DNA of 54,558 bases from the NCBI GenBank assembly GCA_964449585.1, contig CAYUZE010000003.1:76385-130942 (forward strand), read 5' to 3'. A program made the translations under genes and the position numbers. Shown here one piece after another: positions 41,722-51,189 of this stretch. The notes under the pieces were generated by a model that was not told where the DNA came from, made no database searches, and saw only the letters and a program-made list of their open reading frames with translations. The stretch is from an uncultured Gammaproteobacteria bacterium (GTDB lineage Bacteria > Patescibacteriota > Microgenomatia > UBA10105 > UBA927). Numbering within the stretch: position 1 is the first letter of the stretch; each line of letters begins with the position of its first letter.

Positions 41722-42267
41722 ATGAAAGTGATACTTATCGGTATTCAGGGTTCGGGAAAGTCCACGCAAGGCAATATCTTAAGCGAAAAGCTCCATGTGC
41801 CGTACCTTTCGAGCGGTCACATATTCCGTCAAATGTCGCAGGAAAAAACGGCATGGGGCAGATATGTCAAAGAGACGCTGAATGCGGGTTTTCTTATCCC
41901 TGACGAAAAAGCGATTCCGATTATCGAAGAATACCTGGCAAAACCCGAATACAAGAACGGGTATATTCTTGACGGGTTTCCCCGAACCACAAAACAGGCG
42001 GAAGACTTCACGAACGGCGTCGACAAGGTTATCTACCTTAAAGTATCCGACAAAGAGGCGTTATGGCGCCTAAGCGGAAGGATGGAAGAAGGGGTTAGGG
42101 AAGACAATACGCTCCAGGCGATTAGGAATCGCATTCAGCTTTTTCACGACGTGACGGAACCGGTACTTCACTATTACCGTGATCATGGAAGACTCCTTGA
42201 AGTTGACGGAGAGCAGTCCATCGAGGAAGTAACCTCCAAAATTCTTCTCGGCCTGGGGGTGTCGTGA
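41722..42267 (+). CDS. adk: Adenylate kinase, short-LID type
   Basis: GIQGSGKSTQ, LDGFPRT, REDN; syntenic after secY. Confidence 0.92.
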   Translation: MKVILIGIQGSGKSTQGNILSEKLHVPYLSSGHIFRQMSQEKTAWGRYVKETLNAGFLIPDEKAIPIIEEYLAKPEYKNGYILDGFPRTTKQAEDFTNGVDKVIYLKVSDKEALWRLSGRMEEGVREDNTLQAIRNRIQLFHDVTEPVLHYYRDHGRLLEVDGEQSIEEVTSKILLGLGVS

Positions 42268-42815
42268 AAAAAAACACGTATGTCGCGATCGTGGGTCTTC
42301 CGGGTTCCGGTAAGACCGTCGCCGCTCAATTTTTCCGTCTTCGCGGGTTTTCCGTACTTCGGTTCGGTGACGTTACCGATAACGGACTGGCCGAACAAGG
42401 TTTGCCGCTTACGGAGGCAAATGAACGCAAATACCGTGAGGAAATCCGCGCAAAACTCGGTATGGGAGCAATGGCGATAAAGATAGAGCCTCGTATCCGT
42501 GATGCGGAGAAAACATCGTCGATGATTGCCCTTGACGGCATGCGCAGTTTTGAGGAGTACGTGTATCTTAAAGAAAAATTTCCCGGACTCATCGTTCTTT
42601 GTATCTACGCCTCTCCCGCGATCCGTTACCAACGACTTGCGACAAGGAAAGAGCGCCCGTTGAGTGCTGCCGAATCACAATCGCGTGATTACGCGGAGAT
42701 CGAAAACTTACATTCCGGCGGACCCATTGCCATGGCGGATTATTTGATACAGAACGAGAGCACACCGGAATCGTTTGAAGCCTTACTCAATGAATTTTTA
42801 CAATCATTGCCATGA
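42264..42815 (+). CDS. Second P-loop nucleoside/nucleotide kinase-like protein (UPF0200 / dephospho-CoA-kinase-like)
   Basis: GLPGSGKT, DGMRS..E, RYQRL..R, IAMADYLIQN; GTG start overlaps the adk stop. Confidence 0.7.
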   Translation: MKKNTYVAIVGLPGSGKTVAAQFFRLRGFSVLRFGDVTDNGLAEQGLPLTEANERKYREEIRAKLGMGAMAIKIEPRIRDAEKTSSMIALDGMRSFEEYVYLKEKFPGLIVLCIYASPAIRYQRLATRKERPLSAAESQSRDYAEIENLHSGGPIAMADYLIQNESTPESFEALLNEFLQSLP

Positions 42816-43585
42816 AAGCACAACCTACCGATCAAAAAATTGCCGCAATGCGCGAAGGGGGAGCGGTACTGGGAACGATACTCGAAGAGCTTCTTGAAGT
42901 TGCGGCGCCCGGAATCGCGCTACTCGAGCTGGAGGAAATTGCGCAAAAAAGGATAAAAGCGGCAGGGATGAAGCCGTCGTTTTCGACGGTTGCCGATTAT
43001 AGGTGGGCAACCTGTCTTTGCGTCAATGACATTATTGTGCACGGAATTCCGACAAATTACGTGTTGGTCGAAGGGGATCTTTTGACGATTGATATTGGTC
43101 TTATTAATCGCGGGTATCACACCGATACCGCGTGGTCAAAAGTCATCGGGAACAAAGGATATACGATGCGCCCCGAAGTTGCCGCGTTTCTTGATACGGG
43201 AAAGAAAGCGTTACAAAAAGCAATAGCACAAGCAAGAAGCGGAAATCGCGTCGGTCATATTTCTCAGACACTGCAGACAATCGTCGAAGGGGCGGGATAC
43301 GGCATCGTCCGCCCGCTGGTCGGTCACGGGGTAGGGAAGACGCTCCATGAAGAACCGCAAATACCCGGATTTTTGAAAGGAGCGATCGATAAAACGCCGA
43401 AATTGACAAGCGGTATGACCATTGCCATAGAAGTCATCTATTCAATGGGAAACCCTGCGGTGTATTACCATGAAGACGGTTGGTCGATTGCGACCCGTGA
43501 CCATTCGCTTTCTGCGGTATTCGAGCAAACCATTGCCATTACCGACAGTGAGCCGATTATTCTCACTCCTCCGCATGCGGTATAA
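42812..43585 (+). CDS. map: Methionine aminopeptidase type I
   Basis: CVND.IVHGIP, GHGVG..LHEEP, FEQT. Confidence 0.97.
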   Translation: MKAQPTDQKIAAMREGGAVLGTILEELLEVAAPGIALLELEEIAQKRIKAAGMKPSFSTVADYRWATCLCVNDIIVHGIPTNYVLVEGDLLTIDIGLINRGYHTDTAWSKVIGNKGYTMRPEVAAFLDTGKKALQKAIAQARSGNRVGHISQTLQTIVEGAGYGIVRPLVGHGVGKTLHEEPQIPGFLKGAIDKTPKLTSGMTIAIEVIYSMGNPAVYYHEDGWSIATRDHSLSAVFEQTIAITDSEPIILTPPHAV

Positions 43586-43634
43586 CCCGAATTACTTGAC
43601 GTGACGGCTATTGGAGGATTACGCTGTCATCACT

Positions 43635-45638
43635 ATGAAGAAACTTCTTATATTCGTCATAGGAATCCTTCTTTTTGTATCGGGCTACCGGTATATACAA
43701 GGAAAAACGGGAGCAGTTTCATCGGGAAAGGTGAAGTTATATTGGTTTATTCCCGACGGAATGCGCGCGGAACCGGATCTTTTTAACATCTACGCATGGG
43801 CAAAAGAAGGGAAGCTCCCGAACATTAAAAAACTCATGGATCGCGGGACGTACGGATATTCCTATCCGAATTTCCCCAGTCATACGCCGACAAATTTTGC
43901 TACGCTTCTGACGGGTTCCATGCCGGAGATTCATGGGGTCGATGATGGCCCGATGCGCGAGGTGGGAAAACCGCTTGATGCCGTGGCGGTGCCGGGGTTT
44001 CGCTCCACCGCAAAAAAAGTTGCACCTATCTGGAAAACGCTGGAAGAGGCGGGGATGAAAGTCGCCGTGCTTTCCGTGCCCGGCAGTACCCCTCCCGAAA
44101 TTCAAAAGGGAGTAGTCATCCGCGGCCGTTGGGGAGGATGGGGTGCGGATTTTGCGTCACTCAATTTTGAAACAATGGGAGATCTGACGCAACGGAAAAA
44201 ACAGGGAAGAGCAACAAAGTTGTTTTTTTTCGGTCCCCAGCTTACCCAATACATCGATAGCGTCAAACCGACCGGTTGGGAAAACCCGCCGATGAGTTTT
44301 TCGGACGCTGCGGAGGTGACCCTCACGGGTTGGGGGACTCCCGTGTATGCCTATATCTACGACAGCACCGATGACGGCAGGAAAAACCCTGATCATGTAC
44401 TTTTCTCCCTCGACAAAAAAACAATACTCGGTGACGTTACTCCTGGCGGCTGGACTGACTGGCAGCCGATTACCCTTACCTGGAAAACCGCCGATGCCGC
44501 GGTTCCCGTTGCTTCACAGGTGAAAGCCGGAGTCATAAAACTTGGCGATAACGGATTCTTTCGGATGCGCCTTTTGTACGATGCCTTAAATAAACACATA
44601 ACGTTCCCTGAAACGGCGGCGGAAGTGCTGCAAAAATCCGTAGGTCCCATGACCGATTTTGCCGACAATTTTCCGGCACAGCTTATCTATTATCCCGAGG
44701 ATAAGAAAGCGTTTATGGATGAAGCGGCGCTCTCGTTTGACTGGCATACGAAAGCGGTCGGGGCGATGGTGAAGCACTTTACGCCGGATGTTGTCATCCA
44801 CGATATTTATACGCCGAATCAGATGCTTACCAGTAAATGGTGGATGAGCGGCGTTGACCCAAAGAGCGCCTCGTATACTGCGATGAGTGCGCAAGATCGA
44901 GAAAAACTTTGGAGTGAAGTGCAGGATATGTATGTGAAACTCGATGCCATGGTCGGTGAGATTCTAAAAGTAGCTGATGACAACACCTACGTCGTCGTAA
45001 GCAGCGACCACGGGGCGGTACCCTTGGATCGCAGCGTGAACCTCAATAATGTCTTTGCGAAAAAAGGTTGGCTTAAATTCACGCTTGATCCAAAGACGGG
45101 TGAGCCGATTATTGACTGGGATAAATCGAAAGTCATGTATCTTAAAATGGCGCATGTGTACATAAACCCTAACGGGCTTGCCGGTAACTATACCCGCGCA
45201 AGCGGAGCCGCCTATGACGCATTACGAAATGACGTCATAGAAACGCTCAAAAATCTTGCCGATGAAAACGGGGCAAAGCCGGTCGTTGATATCGTCAAAT
45301 GGGAAGATGCAAAGGCATACATGCAGCTAGATCCCGACAGAATCGGCGACCTTGTCGTCGCCAATGCGCCGGGGTACGGATGGAATGAGGAAATGACCGC
45401 CGATCTTGCGTTTTTCTCTACCCCTGCGGTTGCCGGATATAAACAGGCGATTAAAGCAATTGATGTTCCCGGTATGTGGACGCCGTTTATCATGGCAGGG
45501 CCGGGTATAAAGAAAAATAATTTTTTGGGGGACAAGCCGTTCTCGCTTATCCAGCAGTATCCGACCATCATGAAGGCGCTTCGAGTGGAGGTTCCCTCAT
45601 ATGTACAGGGCAAACCGTTGGAGATATTCAGCCGGTGA
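43635..45638 (+). CDS. Membrane-anchored alkaline-phosphatase-superfamily protein (NPP/phosphodiesterase-like)
   Basis: FIPDGMR, PSHTPTNFATLLTG, VSSDHG; N-terminal hydrophobic helix. Confidence 0.85.
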   Translation: MKKLLIFVIGILLFVSGYRYIQGKTGAVSSGKVKLYWFIPDGMRAEPDLFNIYAWAKEGKLPNIKKLMDRGTYGYSYPNFPSHTPTNFATLLTGSMPEIHGVDDGPMREVGKPLDAVAVPGFRSTAKKVAPIWKTLEEAGMKVAVLSVPGSTPPEIQKGVVIRGRWGGWGADFASLNFETMGDLTQRKKQGRATKLFFFGPQLTQYIDSVKPTGWENPPMSFSDAAEVTLTGWGTPVYAYIYDSTDDGRKNPDHVLFSLDKKTILGDVTPGGWTDWQPITLTWKTADAAVPVASQVKAGVIKLGDNGFFRMRLLYDALNKHITFPETAAEVLQKSVGPMTDFADNFPAQLIYYPEDKKAFMDEAALSFDWHTKAVGAMVKHFTPDVVIHDIYTPNQMLTSKWWMSGVDPKSASYTAMSAQDREKLWSEVQDMYVKLDAMVGEILKVADDNTYVVVSSDHGAVPLDRSVNLNNVFAKKGWLKFTLDPKTGEPIIDWDKSKVMYLKMAHVYINPNGLAGNYTRASGAAYDALRNDVIETLKNLADENGAKPVVDIVKWEDAKAYMQLDPDRIGDLVVANAPGYGWNEEMTADLAFFSTPAVAGYKQAIKAIDVPGMWTPFIMAGPGIKKNNFLGDKPFSLIQQYPTIMKALRVEVPSYVQGKPLEIFSR

Positions 45639-45646
45639 TTTACCGG

Positions 45647-46231
45647 CTATTGAGCGCAGGTCATTGACACCATTTGACTGAGAAGTTCCTTTTCGCGGGA
45701 AGGGAAAGCGGCGGTCTCTGTGATAAGTTCAAGTTTTATAAGCAAAGAAGAATTCGAGCAATACACAAATCCCATTAGGCCCTTATAAGCTGCCTGATCT
45801 TTGGAGCAGGATCCGAAGGTGAGTCTGTTGTTTAAATACCCCGTAAAATACCGAATACCGTTTTCTTCGCGATAGGTGGGGATGTATGCGGGATCGCAGA
45901 CGACGGCATCGGAGATTTCTCCGGGGTACGGTGCGGGAGCCTTTTCAAAAAGCGCTTTCATACGGGAAACGGCTCCGATAAGTTCCTGATCGGACTGTTC
46001 CGCAAGTACTTTTTTCACTTCAATACGAAGCAGAGCGGATGGCGATTCATAGAGAGCACGATATGCGTCGGGCGCATCAGCGTATTCTTCTTTCTGATGA
46101 AATGTATACAGGTTTGGCAGAGTAATACAGGTGAGATTTTTGCAAAGCGACCTCGGGGCACGATACCTATCGAGGAAGAAAAATATGCCGACGAAAAAAA
46201 GAAAAATGACGGCGAGTATGCGAGTGGTCAT
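45647..46231 (-). CDS. Hypothetical membrane-anchored protein with five Cys
   Basis: N-terminal hydrophobic helix; TATAAT upstream on the minus strand. Confidence 0.6.
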   Translation of the reverse strand: MTTRILAVIFLFFVGIFFFLDRYRAPRSLCKNLTCITLPNLYTFHQKEEYADAPDAYRALYESPSALLRIEVKKVLAEQSDQELIGAVSRMKALFEKAPAPYPGEISDAVVCDPAYIPTYREENGIRYFTGYLNNRLTFGSCSKDQAAYKGLMGFVYCSNSSLLIKLELITETAAFPSREKELLSQMVSMTCAQ

Positions 46232-46277
46232 AGTAGGATATATGTATTATAGTTAACTGTAGCATTTTTTGTTTTCC

Positions 46278-47633
46278 ATGAAATTACCCGTACTCTCAAT
46301 CCGCTTTCTTTACGTATCAATCTTGATTGTTGCAATAGCAAGTGTTCTATTCGTTGTTTCAATATCTCGAAATTCCCGTTCATCCCTCTCATGCAAGGAT
46401 TGCAATATTCTCGTTATTGCCGTTGATCCGCTCCGTGCAGATGCGCTCGAAAGTATGGGGGGCATACGGGATTACGCTCCGACAATTGACGGACTTGCAA
46501 AGCAAGGGTATTCGTTTACAAATGCAATTAGCGCGTCATCGTGGACACTACCGTCCGCGATGAGTTTTATGACGGGAACATATCCTTCAAAACACGGCAT
46601 CATCAATAAAGAACTGTTGCGGGATTCACCGGCGGGAGAAACTGTTCCCGCGATCCTGAAGGAAACGGCACCGCAGCTCACCCCACTCGTACGTGTGCTC
46701 CGTACTCATGGCTATGCAACGGGAGGATTTGCCGGTGGTGCTGCACTCGATCCGTCGTACGGATTTGCCGAAGGCTTTGATAGGTATGAGAGTCCGGGAG
46801 AGTTTAATGATATCGCAAGTTCATCAGCAAAGGCGCTCGATTTTATCCGTGAGAATAGCAATAAGAAGCTATTTGTCTTTCTTCACGGGTTCGATGTGCA
46901 CGGACAGTATATGCCTGCCCAAGGATTGGATAGACGCTTTGTTTCTTCTTCCTACAAAGGAATGCTTACGGGAAGTCCAATGGAACAAAAAGAACTGCGG
47001 GAGCAGGGGGTACGGCAAGGATCGCTATATCTTGCCGATGAGGACGTCATGTTCCTTCGCGCCATATACGATGAGAAAGTTGCTCTTTTGGACAGGGAAA
47101 TCAGCGAGTTCTTAGATGCGTATAACGCACTGGGGTTACCACGGAAAACCATAATCGTTTTTACTTCCCATCATGGAGAGGAATTTTATGAGCACGGACG
47201 AATTGATCACGGGATGACGCTTTTTGATGAGGTTATCCGGGTGCCGCTTATCATCGTGGTTCCCGGAGGTGCAAAAGGAAAACGTGTTGACAGTCAAGTG
47301 AGAAATATCGACATACTGCCAACCATTCTTGCCGTCGTGGGAATAACGCCGCCGTCAGGAAAGATCGATGGGGTGAGTCTTGTGCCGCTTATGCAGGGGA
47401 ATGCAATGAGGCTAAATGCCGTTTCCGAGACAAGCTATCGGTACGCCACATTCCAAACGGCACTCCGCAGTTGGGACGGATGGAAATTAATTTACGATCG
47501 GGAGCAACAAACCAAAAAGCTCTTTCATCTTGCAACGGATGAAGGGGAAATTGATGACCGGTACGGACAACATGAGAAAAAGGAGATAGACCTTATCAAT
47601 GAAATATTGCAATACATTAACGGAGTGCAATAG
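46278..47633 (+). CDS. Sulfatase-like hydrolase/transferase, membrane-anchored
   Basis: DPLRAD, SWTLPS..S..TG, YD......D, HGEEF.EHG..DHG, VPLI. Confidence 0.88.
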   Translation: MKLPVLSIRFLYVSILIVAIASVLFVVSISRNSRSSLSCKDCNILVIAVDPLRADALESMGGIRDYAPTIDGLAKQGYSFTNAISASSWTLPSAMSFMTGTYPSKHGIINKELLRDSPAGETVPAILKETAPQLTPLVRVLRTHGYATGGFAGGAALDPSYGFAEGFDRYESPGEFNDIASSSAKALDFIRENSNKKLFVFLHGFDVHGQYMPAQGLDRRFVSSSYKGMLTGSPMEQKELREQGVRQGSLYLADEDVMFLRAIYDEKVALLDREISEFLDAYNALGLPRKTIIVFTSHHGEEFYEHGRIDHGMTLFDEVIRVPLIIVVPGGAKGKRVDSQVRNIDILPTILAVVGITPPSGKIDGVSLVPLMQGNAMRLNAVSETSYRYATFQTALRSWDGWKLIYDREQQTKKLFHLATDEGEIDDRYGQHEKKEIDLINEILQYINGVQ

Positions 47634-47659
47634 TATAGCCGGGTGTTTGCGCCAATAGT

Positions 47660-49267
47660 ATGCGTAAAGGAAAATTTTTACCTCTCTTCATTTTGGGAAC
47701 CGTTTTCGGTACGTTGGTGCTTACCGGTTTGCAATATGCAAAAACAGAAAAGAAAAATACTGTTTTTTTTCGCAAACTAAGAAACATCCTGACAAAAAAA
47801 GCCCTATGTCCCGAATGCAATATACTCCTGGTTAATTTGGATACCCTTCGGGCACCCGAGCTCCCATGTTACGGCTATCATCGTGACACCGCGCCGAATT
47901 TATGTCGGTATGCGATGAACAACCAACTATTTACCAATTTTTACACACAAACCTCCTTTACGCTGGATAGCCACATGTCTATTTTTACCGGGTTATACCC
48001 TTCTTCGCATCAGGTGTTAGATGCCCTCAAAGATTCATTAAACCCCGCGATTCCAACACTTACTAAAACACTTAAAAATAACGGATACAGAACTATATGG
48101 GCCGGGGTAACCGATGACGTTAATCTTCCGCTCGATCGTGGGTTGGGCCAGGGTTTTGATGAGTTCTATCATTTGGATGGAGCGACTCCCGACTGGTCAA
48201 CTAAATACGAAAAACTTTTACCGAAGTTTTTGGACACCACGCCCACCTTCATGTTTATTCATTCGTACGGGGTCCACTCCCCGTACCTTGTCGGAAAAGG
48301 CCCGTATCGTTTTGTAACCCGCATATACCCGGGAATTCCGCTTACCCAAGAGGATTTTTATCCGCATTCGCCTGAATATTATGAATTTGTCATCGATGAA
48401 TTTATGGATAGACTATCTTCGAGCGTTACCGAGGAGAGCAAGGCGCGAAACGGGGATATCGTAAAACGACTCCAACTTGCGCTGGCGGCAAATGATCTGA
48501 AAAAAGCACAGGCAATCACTTGGGAGTTTCCCGGATATGAAAATTACAGTTTATATATGACCTGGTATTATCGGCGCTTACAGTACGGTGATCCGAACAT
48601 GCTTGATTATATACAAACGCTTTATGATGAACGAATTTATCAGGTAGATCAACAACTCGCTCCGCTCTTTGCCTTTCTGAATCGTCCGGAGGTGAAAAAA
48701 AGAACTATTGTACTTTTTCTTTCCGACAACGGTGAGGAATTTATGGAGCACGGGTTTTTGGATCATGGCTGGAATATTTACAACACCTCGACGCATGCAC
48801 CGTTTATCCTCGCCGTGCCCGGGATACCGCACCGGGTTTTTCACGAACTCATACAGGCAATTGATATTGTACCCACACTGCTTGGCCTGGTGGGTATACT
48901 TCCCGAAGGCCCGCTCGAAGGAATAAGTTTTCATCCACTCCTTGAAGGAAAAGAACTGACGTACGTCGGAGATCGGTATCTTATCGGTCAGAATAGAGGC
49001 GATGATATTGTGTCTATAAGAAATAACCGTTGGAAAATGTATAAAAATACGAAACCTACACCCTATGTCGAATTATTTGACCTCATGAAAGATCCGTTGG
49101 AAACGCAGAACGTTTTGGGTGAGCATCCTGATATTGCGCGCCTTTTGGATCAGGCGCTCACCAGGGAACTGAAAGCCTCGCCGAAATATCCTGCGGTTAA
49201 GGGGGACTTTCCCGTCTGGTTGGACGAAGAAAAGCGAAATAGCCTCAAAAATGCGGGTTATTTCTGA
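47660..49267 (+). CDS. Sulfatase-like hydrolase/transferase, membrane-anchored
   Basis: [35 protein letters not shown]. Confidence 0.88.
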   Translation: MRKGKFLPLFILGTVFGTLVLTGLQYAKTEKKNTVFFRKLRNILTKKALCPECNILLVNLDTLRAPELPCYGYHRDTAPNLCRYAMNNQLFTNFYTQTSFTLDSHMSIFTGLYPSSHQVLDALKDSLNPAIPTLTKTLKNNGYRTIWAGVTDDVNLPLDRGLGQGFDEFYHLDGATPDWSTKYEKLLPKFLDTTPTFMFIHSYGVHSPYLVGKGPYRFVTRIYPGIPLTQEDFYPHSPEYYEFVIDEFMDRLSSSVTEESKARNGDIVKRLQLALAANDLKKAQAITWEFPGYENYSLYMTWYYRRLQYGDPNMLDYIQTLYDERIYQVDQQLAPLFAFLNRPEVKKRTIVLFLSDNGEEFMEHGFLDHGWNIYNTSTHAPFILAVPGIPHRVFHELIQAIDIVPTLLGLVGILPEGPLEGISFHPLLEGKELTYVGDRYLIGQNRGDDIVSIRNNRWKMYKNTKPTPYVELFDLMKDPLETQNVLGEHPDIARLLDQALTRELKASPKYPAVKGDFPVWLDEEKRNSLKNAGYF

Positions 49268-49282
49268 GCTCAGGCAGGCGTG

Positions 49283-49311
49283 TTGACCAATCGGGGATTA
49301 TAGGGTACAAT
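49283..49311 (+). promoter_or_regulatory. sigma70 promoter for the infA/alpha block
   Basis: TTGACC (49283-49288), 17-nt spacer, TACAAT (49306-49311). Confidence 0.75.
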
Positions 49312-49365
49312 AAGAGTCTTCAACAAATTCCCTCTCTAACTAAGAGGGAAGTTTGTTGTTATAAT

Positions 49366-49584
49366 ATGGCGCATCAGGGGAATATAGAGATCGATGGGGA
49401 AGTGGTAGAATGTCTGCCGAATACATTGTTCCGAGTTAAACTCGCCAATGGCCATATCGTGTTGTGTCATCTTTCGGGGAAAATGCGATTGCATTTTATC
49501 CGCATTATGCCGGGAGACCGGGTGAAACTGGAGATGACGCCGTATGATCCGGCGAAGGGAAGAATTACCTATCGGTTGAAATAA
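49366..49584 (+). CDS. infA: Translation initiation factor IF-1
   Basis: [15 protein letters not shown]...I.I.PGD.V..EMTPYD..KGRI.YR. Confidence 0.98.
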   Translation: MAHQGNIEIDGEVVECLPNTLFRVKLANGHIVLCHLSGKMRLHFIRIMPGDRVKLEMTPYDPAKGRITYRLK

Positions 49585-49591
49585 CGAAAGT

Positions 49592-49705
49592 ATGAAAGTT
49601 CGAGCAAGTATTAAACCAATGTGCAGAAAGTGTAAAATCGTTCGCCGACGCGGACGAGTGTACATCATTTGCGAGAACCCGAAACATAAACAGCGACAAG
49701 GATAA
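49592..49705 (+). CDS. rpmJ: 50S protein L36 (absent from the ORF track because it is 37 aa)
   Basis: Hand translation [37 protein letters not shown]. Confidence 0.98.
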   Translation: MKVRASIKPMCRKCKIVRRRGRVYIICENPKHKQRQG

Positions 49706-49711
49706 AAAACT

Positions 49712-50119
49712 ATGGCACGTATCTCAGGAGTAGATTTACCGAACGACAAGCGACTGGACATTGCCCTTACCTATCTGTATGGGGTAGGCAGGTCAAACGT
49801 AAAACTTATCCTCAAAAAGGCCGAGCTTGATCCCACCCGACGATTCAAAACATTAACCGACGATGAAGTCAGCAAACTCACCAAAATCATCGAAAAAGAA
49901 ACGATGGTCGAAGGGGATTTGCGACGCGCCGTCGGCGACAACGTAAAACGTCTTATCGAAATCAAAGCCTACCGGGGTATCCGCCACGCGAGAAGACTTC
50001 CTTCACGCGGACAACGTACCCGCACCAATGCCCGTACCAAGCGCGGCAAGCGTATGACGGTAGGAGCGCTCAAGAAAGAAGATCGGGCAAAGACGGAGTC
50101 TGCGGCTGCGGCAAAATAA
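49712..50119 (+). CDS. rpsM: 30S protein S13
   Basis: MARISGVDLP, RGQRTRTNART. Confidence 0.98.
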   Translation: MARISGVDLPNDKRLDIALTYLYGVGRSNVKLILKKAELDPTRRFKTLTDDEVSKLTKIIEKETMVEGDLRRAVGDNVKRLIEIKAYRGIRHARRLPSRGQRTRTNARTKRGKRMTVGALKKEDRAKTESAAAAK

Positions 50120-50122
50120 CCT

Positions 50123-50494
50123 ATGGCAACCAAATCAACCAAAACCATTCCGACAAAAGGCCGTGTATATATTACGGCGACGTTTAACAACACGCTCGTG
50201 ACGTTAACCGATGAGCACGGCAATGCCTTGTTCTGGGGTTCTTCAGGACTCGTGGGATTTAAGGGTGCCAGGCGCGCCACGCCGTACGCGGCAACAACTG
50301 CCGTCGAGGGGGTGGCAAGAAAAGCGCTTGATGCGGGACTTCGCGAGGTTGAAGTCTACATCAAAGGACCGGGAGCCGGTCGTGATGCGGCGCTTCGCGC
50401 ACTGAAAGCGGTCGGACTCAGTATTTCGCTCATTGCGGATGTTACCCCGATTCCGCATAACGGCGTGAGACCGAAGAAAAAGCGGAGAGTATAA
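50123..50494 (+). CDS. rpsK: 30S protein S11
   Basis: [19 protein letters not shown]. Confidence 0.98.
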   Translation: MATKSTKTIPTKGRVYITATFNNTLVTLTDEHGNALFWGSSGLVGFKGARRATPYAATTAVEGVARKALDAGLREVEVYIKGPGAGRDAALRALKAVGLSISLIADVTPIPHNGVRPKKKRRV

Positions 50495-50497
50495 CCT

Positions 50498-51118
50498 ATG
50501 GCAAAATATAACGGACCAAAAAACAGACTCGCAAGAAAAGAAGGCATTGATTTGGGCCTTAAGACGGTTGGCACCAAAAGTCATGCCGGTTTGCAACGAA
50601 GACTGAATGTTCCTCCGGGACAGCACGGTCAAAAAATGCGGAGAAAAGTATCCAGCTACGGTATCCAACTTCGTGAGAAACAGAAGATGAAGCGACTCTA
50701 CGGAGTTTTGGAACGGCAATTCAGAAAATACTTTGCCATGGCAAGAAAATGGCGAGGAAACACCGGCGACATGCTTGTGCAATTTTTGGAGCGCAGACTG
50801 GATAACACCGTATATCGCTTGGGGTTTGCACCGACGAGAACGAGTGCACGACAATTTGTTTCTCACGGGCACATCATGGTCAACGGATCCAGAGTGAATA
50901 TTCCATCCTACCTGGTTGCCGCAGATGCCGTCGTTACCGTCAAGCCGAAAGCCGCGGAAATTCCGGTGATCAAGAAAATGCTTGAGGATAAAACATTCAC
51001 CCCGCCCGCATGGTTGGAGCGCAAAGGGGGAGCCGGAAAAGTAGTCCGTTTGCCGGAGCGGGATGATGTGAAAGAAGATATTAATACACAATTAGTTATC
51101 GAGTATTATTCTCGTTAA
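50498..51118 (+). CDS. rpsD: 30S protein S4
   Basis: QLREKQK, LERRLDN.VYR, ARQ.VSHGH. Confidence 0.98.
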   Translation: MAKYNGPKNRLARKEGIDLGLKTVGTKSHAGLQRRLNVPPGQHGQKMRRKVSSYGIQLREKQKMKRLYGVLERQFRKYFAMARKWRGNTGDMLVQFLERRLDNTVYRLGFAPTRTSARQFVSHGHIMVNGSRVNIPSYLVAADAVVTVKPKAAEIPVIKKMLEDKTFTPPAWLERKGGAGKVVRLPERDDVKEDINTQLVIEYYSR

Positions 51119-51189
51119 GGAGGCAGGGTCTAGGCTGTTGAGTTTATTTCGGGAAGTAAGCTCAAAGCATTATGCCCTAAGCACGAATT

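Noticed and set aside
49356-49365. TATAAT immediately before the infA ATG as a promoter
   Set aside because: Zero spacing to the start codon would place the TSS inside the gene; a better -35/-10 pair lies at 49283-49311
50243-51091. 282-aa minus-strand ORF, and similar long antisense ORFs over rpoBC, tuf, rpoA and r-protein genes
   Set aside because: Shadows of highly conserved genes caused by codon bias
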